A DNA stretch of 64,000 nt from Paragordius varius (taxonomy: Eukaryota > Animalia > Nematomorpha): positions 2,356,001-2,420,000 of the forward strand of contig OZ176058.1 of assembly GCA_964247055.1 (NCBI GenBank), written 5' to 3'. Each line of letters starts with the position of its first letter. Positions within the stretch are counted from its first letter, which is position 1. Under the pieces are notes generated by a model. The model did not search any database, was not told where the DNA came from, and saw only the letters and a list, made by a program, of their open reading frames with translations. The translations under genes were made by a program, and so were the position numbers. Positions 1-12,970 of the stretch are shown here, one piece after another.

Positions 1-736
1 ACAACATTAATATATATCTGTTTTTTCCATTCACTTCTGTGTTGCAAAATGCTATATTATAGTGTGAAATAAGCAACCATTAAAATAGTTGTAAATAAAT
101 GGAAAAAAATTACAGTCATGAATCCTTTATTATCAAAACTTTATTTTTTTCGTTAAATGGGTATAAATATTTGGCAAAGAATTAAAAAACAAGAGCTCTA
201 TGGTAATTCTTATAATTTTTTAATAAATATGATATTTTTAATACCATTGAGCTCTTGTTTTTCATACTTTAACAAATATTTATACCCAATTAACGAAAAA
301 AAAATTTTTTTTGATAAAATAAAGGATACATGACTGTAAGCTTTTTGAAAAGAAAAATTTTTGTCCTTACATTTAAACGTTTTGTGTGTGTATATACTAA
401 TTTCAATTTTTACTGTATTTATTTGCATAAATAAACCTCATAATAAATTAAGTTTGACTCTAGGTAAAAATATAAATTAGACAATTAAAACGTAATAATA
501 AGACAAATTTTTTTTAAAAACTTAAAAAAAAATTGATTTTTTTAAAAAACTTTGTTTGAAATTTCAAAGTGTATATAGTTATCTTAATTGGTAATATAAT
601 CAATCATAAAATTTCCAATTGTAATTAAGTAGTTTTTATATACAAAATTTTGGTTTAAAAAGTATAATGGTTGTCTATTGAAAATTTTGTGTGTATATAT
701 ACTAATTTTAATTTTTCCTGTATTATACTATGCCAG

Positions 737-3700
737 TGAAATTTCGAGAACAAATGAATCAAGCAACATCCTTTATTGACGGATCCATTTTTTACGGTTC
801 CACCCAAGCTAAAGATCAAACCCTTAGAAGTTTTCAAAGAGGTAGGCATAGGCAAAAGTTTAGGTTTTTTTTCTTCGTAAAATTAAAGGATTTTTCCTAA
901 GTTTTATGGTGAAAATTTTATTAATTATTTTAAAATACAATAGCAATTCTTTGTTGTCTGGCAACATACCATATTATTAATAACTTTTTACCTATTAGTG
1001 GAATGCAAAAAAACTATTATTTTAGATTTTTGAATTGTCTAAATATAATTAATTATATATGAAATAAACATAAAAATGTTATAAAATCAGTTATAAAGTT
1101 TAGATTGCTTGTTTTTCATAAAATATTGTTGCCAGATAGCTTATTCTGCAAAGTGAAATATGATCGACTTAGGTATTTTTACACTTTTTACGATTATACG
1201 ACATTAATAATGCTCTTTGCTTTATATATATGGTTTTAGGCAATATTAAATGAAAAGCTAGGTATAATTATTTAATTCAAGGGTGTCCAACACAGCGAGG
1301 CGCGCCCTTGACATTGAGCATTAACAAATATTTAATTAAATTTTTAACATAAGACGCTAAAAACTACTATTTATTTTAACATTTTTTTGCTAGTTCATGG
1401 TCAAATTAAAAAAAATATACAGAAGTTGTTAAAAAAAATTTCTAGGTTTTATGCAAAATTTTGTATTTAAAATTTCTTGCGGGCTACAGAAAATTTTTGA
1501 AGGGTCATATGCGGCCCATAGGCAACTAGTTGAACACTTCTGAGTTGATTGTATCTCACTGAAAAAGTTACAATGGTATACGTTCGAAAAAAAAGATAAA
1601 AAAGCCTTAACTCACAAATAATAAATAAATTTTTGCTGTATATTAGGGCAATTGTTGAACACCCCTAGCCCAGTTCCACCCGAAGATAATAATGGACAAA
1701 CGGGCAAACCCTTACTTTTACTCATTAGAGATTCCAATTTGTGTCAAGGACAAGAAAAAAATTCAACTGGGTTATGCGTAGCTGCAGGTATTAACTGTAA
1801 AACTTTAATAACGTTTTTACAGTAAAAATAATATTTTTAATTTAAATTCTCGTGATGAATCTAGTATTAAATTGAACTCAGTAAAAATTTTCGATCATGG
1901 TTTATAAATATCAATGGTATATTCTGAATTGAACTACAGTAAAAATTGAAATTATACGCATGACAAAATGTATAAACCTAAAGACAAATTTTTTTTCAAA
2001 TGACAACCATAAATTTTCAAACTTAATTTTAAAAAACTCATCGTTTTAGATTGCAGTGTATGAAATATAGATGTAAATTGGTAAAACAATCAATTATATA
2101 TTTTACATTGTATTAGTTTATATGGGAAAAAATGGTTAAAAATATGGTTTTCCTTTCAAATGAATTTCGTCTTTATATTTTTCTGTGTCTGTATATTTAT
2201 AATTTTATTGTATATCAAAAACTTTCGATACATGATTGATAGAATCATTTCAATAAATATTTATTTAAAATTTTGGTTTTATTTGATATTTTATCAATAA
2301 AATTACTTTTGTTTTTTAATTCCTCCATTGAAAAAGATATTGCAGTGTATTAAGAATTTGAATATAATTCAATTAATTAAAATTTTTTAGAATTTAAATG
2401 ATTGTTGTTTTACATTTGATAATATCAATTTCAACTCATTTTTACAGTCATATTCAAAATAAAAATTATTAAAATGAATAGTAAAAACAAATATATTAAA
2501 AAATGGCCAAATTTTTTTAAACTATAGAGACAAAACATGAAAAGTAAAAACAAATGTTTTTGTCTTAAAACTACCATATATTTTTTGAACCCTGTTTTTA
2601 TATAGCATATCGTTTTTCGGTCTTTATGCTTTTATATTCTGTCTACATAATTTTTTTACTTTTTATGGTTTGTCTATTTTAATTATATAAACAAATCACA
2701 ATTTTTTGGCGGAAAACGCCATCTTTATAGTAATATGATTTATATATCTATAAAAAATGTAATAGGTGATCCTAGACCCAATGAGAATATTGGGCTAACC
2801 ATTTTACAGACTATAATGATGCGTGCCCACAATAGTATAGCAGATTCTTTAGCTGACTTGAATGTTCAATGGTCGGATGAACGCATTTTCCAGGAGACTA
2901 GGTAGAACTTTTATTAAAGTATTTTTGATATAAAAAATATTTGTCTATATGTTTTCACCCTTTATCCGTATAATTTCAATTTTTACTGTTTTTCATTGAG
3001 CTGTCAGACTTCCGAATCGAGGAGATATACATATTTGCATTCTTAACTATCTGTTTTTAAATGATGATAGAAAAATTTTGGGGGGTATATTTCAACACAT
3101 TACATACAATGAATACCTACCAATCATCCTGGGCCCAGAGACTATGGCAAATTTTCGATTAACTCTTAGCAATGAAGGTTACTTCCAAGGATATAATCCC
3201 GACACTGATGCAACGATAATTTCGGAATTTGCCACAGCAGCTTATAGATTTGGACATAGTCTAGTGCCCATTTCCATTAGTTTTTTGGATGAATTGTATA
3301 GGCCTGTGGCTGACCCTATCCTTATGAGAGATGTATGGGTTTTAAAATATTTTACCCAAAAAATTGAAATTAATTTTAATTTATGTATAAATAGTTATTT
3401 TATTTATGTTTATGACCTTTTTAAAAAATGAAAAGTACGATTTTCAGGTAAAATATAGTTAGTTGTCAGAAGTGGTTTACGCTTTTTAGGCTTTTTAGCT
3501 AACAAAAGGGCTTATATAACTGATTGTGTTATGATTTTAAAAATATGTTCATTTTATTCTTATTCTTTACTTTTAGAAGTGCTGAAATAACTGATGATAT
3601 TAATTTAGTAGACTTAAAGTGCATAGTCAGATAAAGAAATTAAACATAATTTGCTACATTGACATACGGTAAAAATTAATACTATACGGACAAAACGTAA

Positions 3701-6700
3701 AAATATAAAATATACTTTTTAGACGTGTTTCTTTATAACTTTTATTATTGATTGTTAGTATGAAATAGAGATGTATATTGGAAACACAATTAATTATGCA
3801 TTTTAGAATTATTTTGTAAAAAAAGAAAAAAGTTTGGTTGTCTCTTGAAAAATAACTAGCCTTTAAATTTTAACATTTGTCTGTATGATTAAAATTTTTA
3901 CTTTAGTCGTCGTATCATTCTAAAATTGAATCGTACGTTACTGAATATAGTCAAAAGCTGTTTTTACTTTATAGAGGAATATTTATATTTGGAATTTTGC
4001 TGACAAAAAAAGCTAAATAACGGATTGTACTATGTTTCTTAAAGTTAAATAGTTGTAGTATTAACATTTATTACATTTTATTTTTTGTAATTAATGATAT
4101 TTTGGGGTAGTTTTTACCCCAGGTGTAAGTACAAACTGTTTAAAATATTATTTGGTTAAAAGTTAATTATCAAACCCTCTACAAAACCTATAGTTACAGT
4201 TTTTTTAACTTGTACACTTCCGATTTCGGATCGCTCTAAAACACGATTTAAGCGAACAGCTGACATTTAAAATCCATAATTATGAAAAATTTGGTGGTTA
4301 ATTTAAATAGCTCTATAATTATTTTTTTATATTTTCCAACCATAATATACATTTATTTGCCCGTTAAAGCGATATTAAAAAATAAAGAAATAAAGTTGGC
4401 TGTCAAAAAATTTTCAGATAAGCATTTTAAAATTTCACATATGTTAACAAAATTTTTTTTTAAATCATGCGTTTAAGAAGCGAAAAACACTTTTTAAATT
4501 TGGCTTGATATAAATATTTTTTTAGGATAACCCAAAAGGTAATCAGGTGTTGATATTATATAACTAAATTCGCTTCTATTTACATACAACAAAAATTTAA
4601 ATTATATGAACTAGACGTAAAAATAGGAAAAATTTTTGATAAAAAAGACAGCCATATTTTTTTAACCTTAAATTTTCTTATATAAGATATTTACTTACCA
4701 TTGTAAAATATAACCATTATTGTTACCAATATACATCTCGATTTCATACTATTTGCAATTTTCACCAATGAGTGTTATTATAATTTAAATTGTCATTTAT
4801 AAAAAAAATATTTGTCTAAACCAAATTTTTACTGTATAACAAATTTAATAATTTTTTTTTGTTTAGGCAATGTTAAATCCCTTACTCCTATTTCAATTTT
4901 CTGGTTTTAATATGTTGGATGCCCTCCTAAGAGGGCTTATAACAGATCGGGCCGAAAAATTTGATCAAATACTAACGTCGGAACTTAGAAACCATTTGTT
5001 TGAATTGATAAATGCACAATTTGGTATGATTTAATTTTATAATATATTATATGTTACTATTTTTCTTAAATTTAAATTATTTTGTCCTTAAACTGTGATT
5101 CCAAAAAAATAAAAACGTAGATGTGACTCTAAATTTTTAATTCTAGATATTGAAAATTTTTCTTTAATTGTTTAATGCTAGGGTTTTCAACACAAATGGC
5201 TTTGCGGGCCGCATTGAAAATAGATAACAAATGTAGTTATATTTTATATATTTCAATCATGGCAGTGTAAAAAAATACGAACACGATATATCTACTAATA
5301 AAATATTTTAATTTTGTTTACTCTATTGGCAAAATTTGGAAAAATATTTTTAAAAATTTAATTTCAAATAAAGTCATTATATAAATTACAAGATAATTTT
5401 TTTATTTCTGAATTGTATATATATTTCGTTTTTTTTCGAAATTAGAGGGCTGCGTGTTAAACACCCCGGTTTGATGTATAAATTGGTTCTTTTATTTAGA
5501 CGAAAATTACAAACCTTCTAAAAATATATATATTTTACTTTTAGGTTTAGATTTGGCCGCTCTTAATGCCATGAGGGGTCGGGACCATGGGATTCCAGGC
5601 TACGTTCATTACAGAGATTTTTGTGGTCTTTCACCTGTTAGGACTTTTGATGATTTAGTCGGAGTTATACCAAACATTACTATTGGGGTAGTTTTTTTTA
5701 TATTTTTTATAAATTTTGAGTAAAGTCATAATTAAGTGACTGTCCACAAAAATATTTATCTTGTTTCAAAGGCAGTTTACTATATAATATTGATAAAGAT
5801 GTTATAGTTATTTGACACCTTTGCAGATATTTATATTTGCAAAATAAGTAATGGCAAAAAGGCGTACAATGATTTTAAGAAATAAAGAGTTAATTTATTT
5901 AATAAATATTTTCAGGATAAAGAAAAAAAAATATAACGAAATTAAATTTTCACATTTTTATATTTTTTTTTGATTTCGTTATAATTTTTTTATCCTGAAA
6001 TAGGTTATAAATATAACCGAAAATTAGATAGTTATTGAAAAAATTAACTATTAATTTGTTAAAAATTACACGTATTTGCCATTTCCTTTAAGTATATCCA
6101 AAATTTTATAAATTCTGCCCCACAAAAAAGAACTATTAAGGCCGCGGTTTGAGTACCACTGTTGTAATATATGTTTATATTTGCATTGGAAAGATAATTT
6201 GCCAATTAACCCGAACGGGAATTTATCCTTTGTAACTGTGATAATATGTTACAATGTCATTTAAGTATGTATGAATTACAGAGTATGCATATTTATGGTG
6301 ACCAATTTAGATTATAGTTGCACAGTATACCATTTACAATTCACATTCACCATTAAACAATTCAAATTCACCCTTGATCAATTATAATTCACCCTCGAAC
6401 AATTCGATTCACCCTAAAATAAATTATGTTTTTTTATGATTAAAAATTGCCTTTATTTTTATATAAAAAATAAAATTTTATTTCAAATTAAAATAATACT
6501 GAAAAAATAATAAATTATGCCATAAAGATATATTTTATCTTTTATAATGAGTTATATTAGTTCGAAAACACATAATTTATTTTTAGGGTGAATTTGAATT
6601 GTTTAAGGGTGAATATGAATTGTTCGAGGGTGAACTTGAATTGTTTAAGGGCGAATTTGAACTGTAAATGGTAAATTATATTTTATTATGTAAATAAACA

Positions 6701-9488
6701 ATAATTGTTAATATTAAGCAACTTTTTTTCCCATATTACGACTTAAGTTGTTTATTGATTAAGGGAAAAAATTGTTTTATAACACACACGCTACTGTATT
6801 ACTAATTGGCCAACAATAATGTGAATCTAAGTGCATAGTATATGATATAATAAATATTAAATCAAGGTAACTAAAGAGACCCTATATCAGCGATGTCCAA
6901 AACGCTTTTTTGGTACGGAAACTCTAAAAAATGTTTAAAAAGTAAAAATTTGAATTTCAATCAAACTTACAATTATATAGAAGTTATATCTTCCGTATTC
7001 GGACTCATAATAAATTAAGTAACATAAATATTTGAAACAATCACGAAAATTTTCACCCCTGCCTTATTTAAACAACAATAACACATATTTACAGATTGTT
7101 AGCCGGATATATGAACAGGTGGAAGATATGGACCTTTTTACCCTGGGCGTTTCGGAGTTTAGTGTACGAGGGGGAACAGTTGGTCCAACATTTGCTTGTA
7201 TTATAGCGAGACAATTTGCAAATCTTAAGGTGGGTGATGCCTACTGGTACGAAAATGGAAAACCGTTTAGGGTAAATTTTATTATATAAATTTGTTTCAA
7301 TTGCTTAAAAGTTTTTTTTACCTACAAAAGCTTTTTGATGTCCAATTTGTATCTTCTTAAATTTTAATGGTGATAAATATTAAACGCAAATGAAATATAG
7401 TTTAAATATATTCCCTTAGTTTTCATTAATGTATGGGTTTTTTTTCAATCTTATAATTAAAGATGATATTTTTTAATTATTTGCTTATATTTGCCAATTT
7501 TCAGATGTCTAAAATACTTACAAAAACTAGTAAGTTTATAAATTATTAAGCCTCATAATTACATTAAAAAATTCAGTAGCTTACAAAATAATCTAAAAAA
7601 GGGGGTTCATACTGCACATCTATATTAAAAATATACAGACAATCGTAAAAACATAAGGACAAATACTTTTTTAAAAAGACAACCATACCATTTTAAACCA
7701 TGACATTCCGCATATTAATTATTTAACTACAAAAACATTAATTTTGTTACCAATTTGCTATTTCATACTATTCAATCTAAAACGATAGATTAATGAATCA
7801 AGTTTAAAAGACTACAGCAATCTTGTTTTGTATATATAGTTTAAATTTTTAGTGCATTAAACTGGAATATGGATGTCTTTTTAAATCATATTTGTCATTT
7901 ACTTTTTACGTTTCGTCTGGATAACCTCAATTTTCTTTATTAAACCTCTATCTTTTATATTTTGTCTTTCTGTATAATTTTAATTTTTACTGCATAGATT
8001 TGGGTAATCGCTTTTTTTCAAAAATAAGTTTAGTCTGTATAATTTCCATTTTCACTGTATATAAAGGTATTTACAAGAGCGCAATTACGTGAGATACGGA
8101 AAATAACGTTGGCTAAACTAATTTGTACCCATGCGGATAACATAAGGACCATACATCCCCGCGTTATGGAAATCCCAGATGAACTAACGTATAATTTTAG
8201 CATTTTGCTTGTTTTTATATAAGAGAAGAGTTTATTCTACAAATGTTTTTTTAGATTGTTTAGAAAATAAAAAGTGTGGTTTCTACGTAAATTTTTACGA
8301 TGATTCCAAAATATTTTAGTTTTTAAAATGGTTATTAAATTAAAATAAATGAGTTATCTGCCAGCGAATTTATGTGGATTAAGCACTTTAGGATTTATAA
8401 AATTTAAATGGTGTTTTTATCATATCTTAAAGTTATATGGTTTTTAAAAATGCATAAATGGCTATAAAGGCAAATACTTAAGGAGAAAATATTTAAAAAT
8501 ATAATTTTTTTTATAGTTTAATTTAATTATCTCTAAATATCCCAAATAGAATAATTTTCCTTCATTTATATACATAGATTTATTTTTATGGTAATTTTAC
8601 CCTTGACATATATCTAAAAATTATTTATTTTGAATTTTAGTAATAAATTCTAAAGTTACATTTAACCGGTTATAAATGAATTTATAACTCAGACTCAGCG
8701 TAGACACGGTAACCATTCAAAAACCATTGTATAAATTTAAATCCTTTCTATAAAATGTGAGGATAAGACTTATTTTCATAGGACAACTAATTTTTAGTCC
8801 TGGACATTTTATGGTTTTTTCAAGATTAAGATTGGATACTAATTATATTTTATGAGTCGAGTTACCATAAAGTTTTTATATTTAATTAGAAAGGAAATAT
8901 TGTTTTTTCATAAAACTTAATCGCTTTACGCTTTGTTATGCCTTAATTTTAATTTAGAATTAATAAAGATACAATGAAAATGTTAAAATTATTTGATCAC
9001 ATCTTGATTGTATTTGGCATCCAAATGTGTTATTATTGACAGTATTAAATTAAGTTAAATTGGTTTTTTAAATTATTTAGAATAGATGTCTTTATTTGTG
9101 GTTATCATAAAATTATGAATTAACCGGCTATTTTTTAACCAGTCAAAAGCCAACCCCATTATCAAGACATACAATATATACAGTAAAAACTGAAATTTTT
9201 TTATAAAATTCCATCATACTTTTTTAAATCATTTAGTAATAGTAAAATTCTTAATTGATTGTGTTACCAATTTACACTTAATTTAAACAATTATTTAGTT
9301 ATAACTTTTAAAAATTTGTTAAAAAAATTTGACTAAAAAGATACATTTGCTTATTTAAGTTTTTTGCCTTATTATTTAAATTCTTAAAATTTTATGTTGT
9401 ACTATATATGATTTATAGAAACGCCTTCCTTGATTGCTCAACACTACCTGATATAGATCTTGGCCCATGGAAAGTTACAAGTAGTTGA
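737..9488 (+). CDS. Animal heme peroxidase (peroxidase-cyclooxygenase superfamily; chorion peroxidase/peroxinectin-like), last 9 exons; 5' part lies upstream of the window
   Basis: Phase-consistent GT-AG exons: 737-841, 1647-1787, 2766-2901, 3071-3332, 4867-5023, 5545-5687, 7095-7271, 8067-8188, 9419-9488 (TGA). Motifs: [27 protein letters not shown] (distal Arg and ester-forming Glu), [29 protein letters not shown] (proximal His), [46 protein letters not shown], final DLGPW. Confidence 0.95.
1278..1542. mobile_element. hAT-type MITE (CAGGGGTGTCCAAC-like ends); relatives at about 5178-5470 and 60313-60555; single ends near 6135-6162, 36040, 61513
   Basis: CAAGGGTGTCCAAC ... GCGGCCC...GTTGAACACTTCTG termini with GCGGGCCGC subterminal boxes. 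Confidence 0.6.
1935..2212. mobile_element. Tc1/mariner-type MITE with roughly 100-bp TIRs; representative of the most abundant family
   Basis: TA-CAGTAAAAATTGAAATTATACGGACAAAACG...GACAACCATAC arms. Whole or half copies at about 385-420, 685-725, 2520-2650, 2930-2992, 3660-3800, 4600-4840, 7625-7995, 8010-8060, 9889-10160, 15090-15230, 25234-25512, 50530-50780, 53252-53608, 56745-56910, 61020-61170, 61858-62680. Confidence 0.8.
6328..6673. mobile_element. Foldback-like MITE family B (21-bp unit GGGTGAATTTGAATTGTTTAA); decayed relative at about 11555-11800
   Basis: TACCATTTACAATTC ... GAACTGTAAATGGTA termini, inverted 21-bp arrays, same architecture as family A. Confidence 0.8.
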
Positions 9489-12050
9489 ATAGAACAAAAC
9501 TCTGCGCTATAAAAAAATATCCGCACAAAAATATTTAACATTTTTTTATTGTGATATATATTTAGCCTAGAATAGATTTATAATTATATTATTCATTTTA
9601 AAATAGATTAATTATACATTTATTAATTCCTTAGAAGTTTAAAATTATTATATGTATTTTTGAATACAAATATTTATATACTATATAATAAATTATTGTA
9701 AAAAATGATACACAAAATCTATTAAATAAATTAAGTTAACTTATGTCTTTCCTTCTATAGATGTGTGCACAATTTATATATTATGCAGTAAATTAAAATT
9801 ATAAAGACAGAACTTCTATAATAAATATTATTTTACAAAAAAACAAAAAACAGTAATTTCAACTATGCGGATAAAATGTAATAAAAAATACAGTAAAATT
9901 TGAAATTATACGGACGAAACGTAAAAATACATACACAAATAATAGTTTTTCAAAAAACAACCATACTTTTTTAAACCTTATTTTTTTATATGATTTATTT
10001 ACCTAAAAATATATAACATTGTGTTACCAATATACATCTCTATATCAACTTTGCAATTTAAATAATGCGTTATAAATTATAAAACATGGTTTAAAAAATA
10101 TGAATGTCTTCCAAAAAAATATTTATAATTTTTACATTTCCCTATATCAATTTACCTTAATACCATTTTTAATTTTAGATAGCATAAACCGCATTACACT
10201 AGAAAACAAATTTTAACTTTTTTTAACTGCCATTCTTTTAAATTTAAATTTATTTCATTAAAGTACATAATTAGTATATCTGAAAAGAAAATTGGTCTAG
10301 CATGGAAGAATTTTTTTATATTAGAGTTTATCGATAATTTTTGGCCCCGATTTAACATTAAACTCGAAATTTCGAAAATTAAAAGTTTAAGATATGAAGC
10401 CATGTATTTTATATCCTTCGAAAGAGCGCAAAATACTGAATCTTTTAAATGGTAGTCATTTAAATCAATCGGGTGTAAAAGTTATTTGGATTTAAATGGT
10501 CGAAATTTTCAATTCTTAAATAAGTCAAGAATTTTCACAGACAAACTAATTTGAAAATCATATAAATTATTTTAAAATAATTATTATGGTTATATTAATA
10601 TTTAATTGTAAAAAAATGTTTGAAAAAGCTTTTGGTTTTCTTTTTTAATAAAAATTATTATCATAAATATTTTACCTAGTGGATACTAAAATGCATAGTT
10701 ATAACTGTAAATTTAATACATAATAGCTATAAAAGATCAAAAATACCTTAAACTTTGTTTTTATCTTTAAAATTTCGAAATTATCAGCCTTCTAAAAAAA
10801 ATAATTTAATATTGATGAGATGGTAATTTTTAAAAAAACAAAAAACTTAAAAATGGTTGTTTTGAGTGACATAAAAGCAATAAAAAAATGTTTTAATCAA
10901 AAAAACTTTTTTGTGTTATCTTTTTTGGACATTGATCACCATCTAAACAAAGTTTGAGCTATTTTCATCCATTAGTTTTAAAAATATAATAATTAAAAAA
11001 AGCTCTCGCTTCGCGCGTTTGTCGCTCTTTGTGTCCAATATTAACTGTCGATGTAATACATATTAGTATGCATTTTATAGAGTTTTTATTACTCTTTCGA
11101 ATGATATATTACAAATGGGCATTACTTGTATATTTTCAAAGAAAAATATTTTTTAGTAAAATTTTGATAAAGAGGGCGCATAATCAAATAAATCAAATCA
11201 TACAAAATTCTTCCAACGAGTTAAATTTTTATTTCAGATTTACTGTTAAAATGATACTAAATATCAGAAAATTAAAAAACTCGAGTGGCAAAAAAATTTG
11301 TTGTCCAGTGTTATTAAATAATATCAAATTTTTAGCTATCGATTGATATATGATTAAACATTTATTGTTTTGTGCGCCGTGTCCAAGTATATAGAGTAAA
11401 ATTTAAATATGCATTAAGAACCAAGGAATATAATTTGAGTTATTTTGCCACTTTTCGATATGGATCTAATTCCAGAAAAGTCTAAATAAATTTGCTCTAT
11501 AACCGAAATCATATAATATCCGAATGCAGTTACTTAAAAATATTCATTACCATTTACATTTCGAATTCCCCTTAAACCTAAAAATAAATTATGTGTTATC
11601 CGGCTAATATAACTTATTATTAATATGAAATAAATTTTTACAATATAGTTTATTATTTTTCAATATTATATTGATTTAAACAGACTTTGTTATTCTATGA
11701 ATATTTAAAAAATAAAAGTAATTTTTATACTTAAAAAACTCATTATTTATTTTAGGTGAATTTGAAATGTTCGAAGGTGGATTTAAACTCTAAACGGTAA
11801 GTCATTCAAGATATTTGTTGTATGCACTCTGTATATTACCAAACTTTGAAACATACACCAAAGTATAAAATATTATTAATGCCATATGTAATTTATTATT
11901 ATGACTGAAAAAAAACTTAAATCACATATATAATTATGATGGTAAGGTTTTACAAAAAATAGGAATATAAAAAAACTATGTAGAGTTTACACATACATAA
12001 TTTTTTTGATAAACGGATAGTGTTAAGTGTCAAGTATAATGTTATTAAAA

Positions 12051-12858
12051 TTAGCCAAATATAGCGGAAATGAATCCAATGACAGTTCCCAGTTTTTCCC
12101 CGAACGTACGTTGATCAAATACTGATGTTGTTGTAGATGGTTGTTGACTAGGTTGATTTGTGGTAATTTCTTCATCAGGAAACATATCATTTGCAAATAT
12201 AGTATGACGTTTAACCCCATAAATCTCGAGAGGTTCATATATAGGGTCATCATAATCTTCATATCCAGAGTAACTTCGCCGATGTCTTTTTCTTTTTTCT
12301 TTATCGGCATCAACATGATTGATAGTATAGTTTTGATTTCTCCTGACAGGCAATAAAAATAATTGAGAAAAATTTAAAGTATGAGTAAGTGAATATTGTT
12401 TACAATATATTCTTGGGTTACAATTAATTATTATTTTCTACTATTATAACCATTTATATATCTCTTTACTGAAAATGCTATGTGGCAATACTAGAAATGT
12501 ATATTTACGCAACATACTGTTATATAAAAATTTAAGCACTCAATATATAATATAACAAAGGCAATTGTGTTTTTTAGTAACAATTCCACAAATTTAGAAC
12601 ATTCTGTTTTAAGTTTGGGAACCACGATCAGAGGTATGCAAAAATGTTAATCTTTTTACAATTAAATTACTTCAATTCGATTTTGACGATTTTAGAGTCC
12701 TCAGTATTGATCTTGTCATTTACGGAGAAAGTATTATTTCTTTTTTTTGGGTCCGATATACTGGCAGGAACTGACAAACCATGAATTATGGAAAATGCCA
12801 TAATGAATAGTAAAAATATCACAAAAATGTTTAAGCTTTTTTCACCAAACGCATTCAT
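12051..12858 (-). CDS. Small secreted prepropeptide, 159 aa, 2 exons (12858-12671, 12342-12051)
   Basis: ATG at 12858. Phase-2 intron GTAATT...CTGTCAG joins two ORF-track ORFs into 480 nt ending TAA. Hydrophobic signal peptide (NIFVIFLLFIMAFSIIHG), basic sites KKR, KR, RKRHRR, KR, then C-terminal TFGEKLGTVIGFISAIFG. Confidence 0.85.
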
Positions 12859-12961
12859 TTTATAATTGTCTAAGAAATTTAAAAATGGTCGAAATTGAAT
12901 AAAAAGAAGGATATAATGATACAAAAGTTTTAATGTGTGTGACGATTTATGAAAAAATTAT

Positions 12962-12970
12962 CTTTATATA
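12962..12970 (-). promoter_or_regulatory. Possible TATA box of the prepropeptide gene
   Basis: TATATAAAG on the minus strand about 105 bp upstream of the ATG; weak evidence in such AT-rich DNA. Confidence 0.3.

Noticed and set aside
1647-1666. Peroxidase exon start GGCAATTGTTGAACACCCCT resembles the nearby hAT-MITE end (about 1520-1540)
   Set aside because: The exon encodes the expected GQL continuation of the peroxidase; a short match is likely chance.
10990-11025. AAAAAGCTCTCGCTTCGCGCG, a Helentron/HINE-like terminal palindrome
   Set aside because: Could not define the other end or a second copy.
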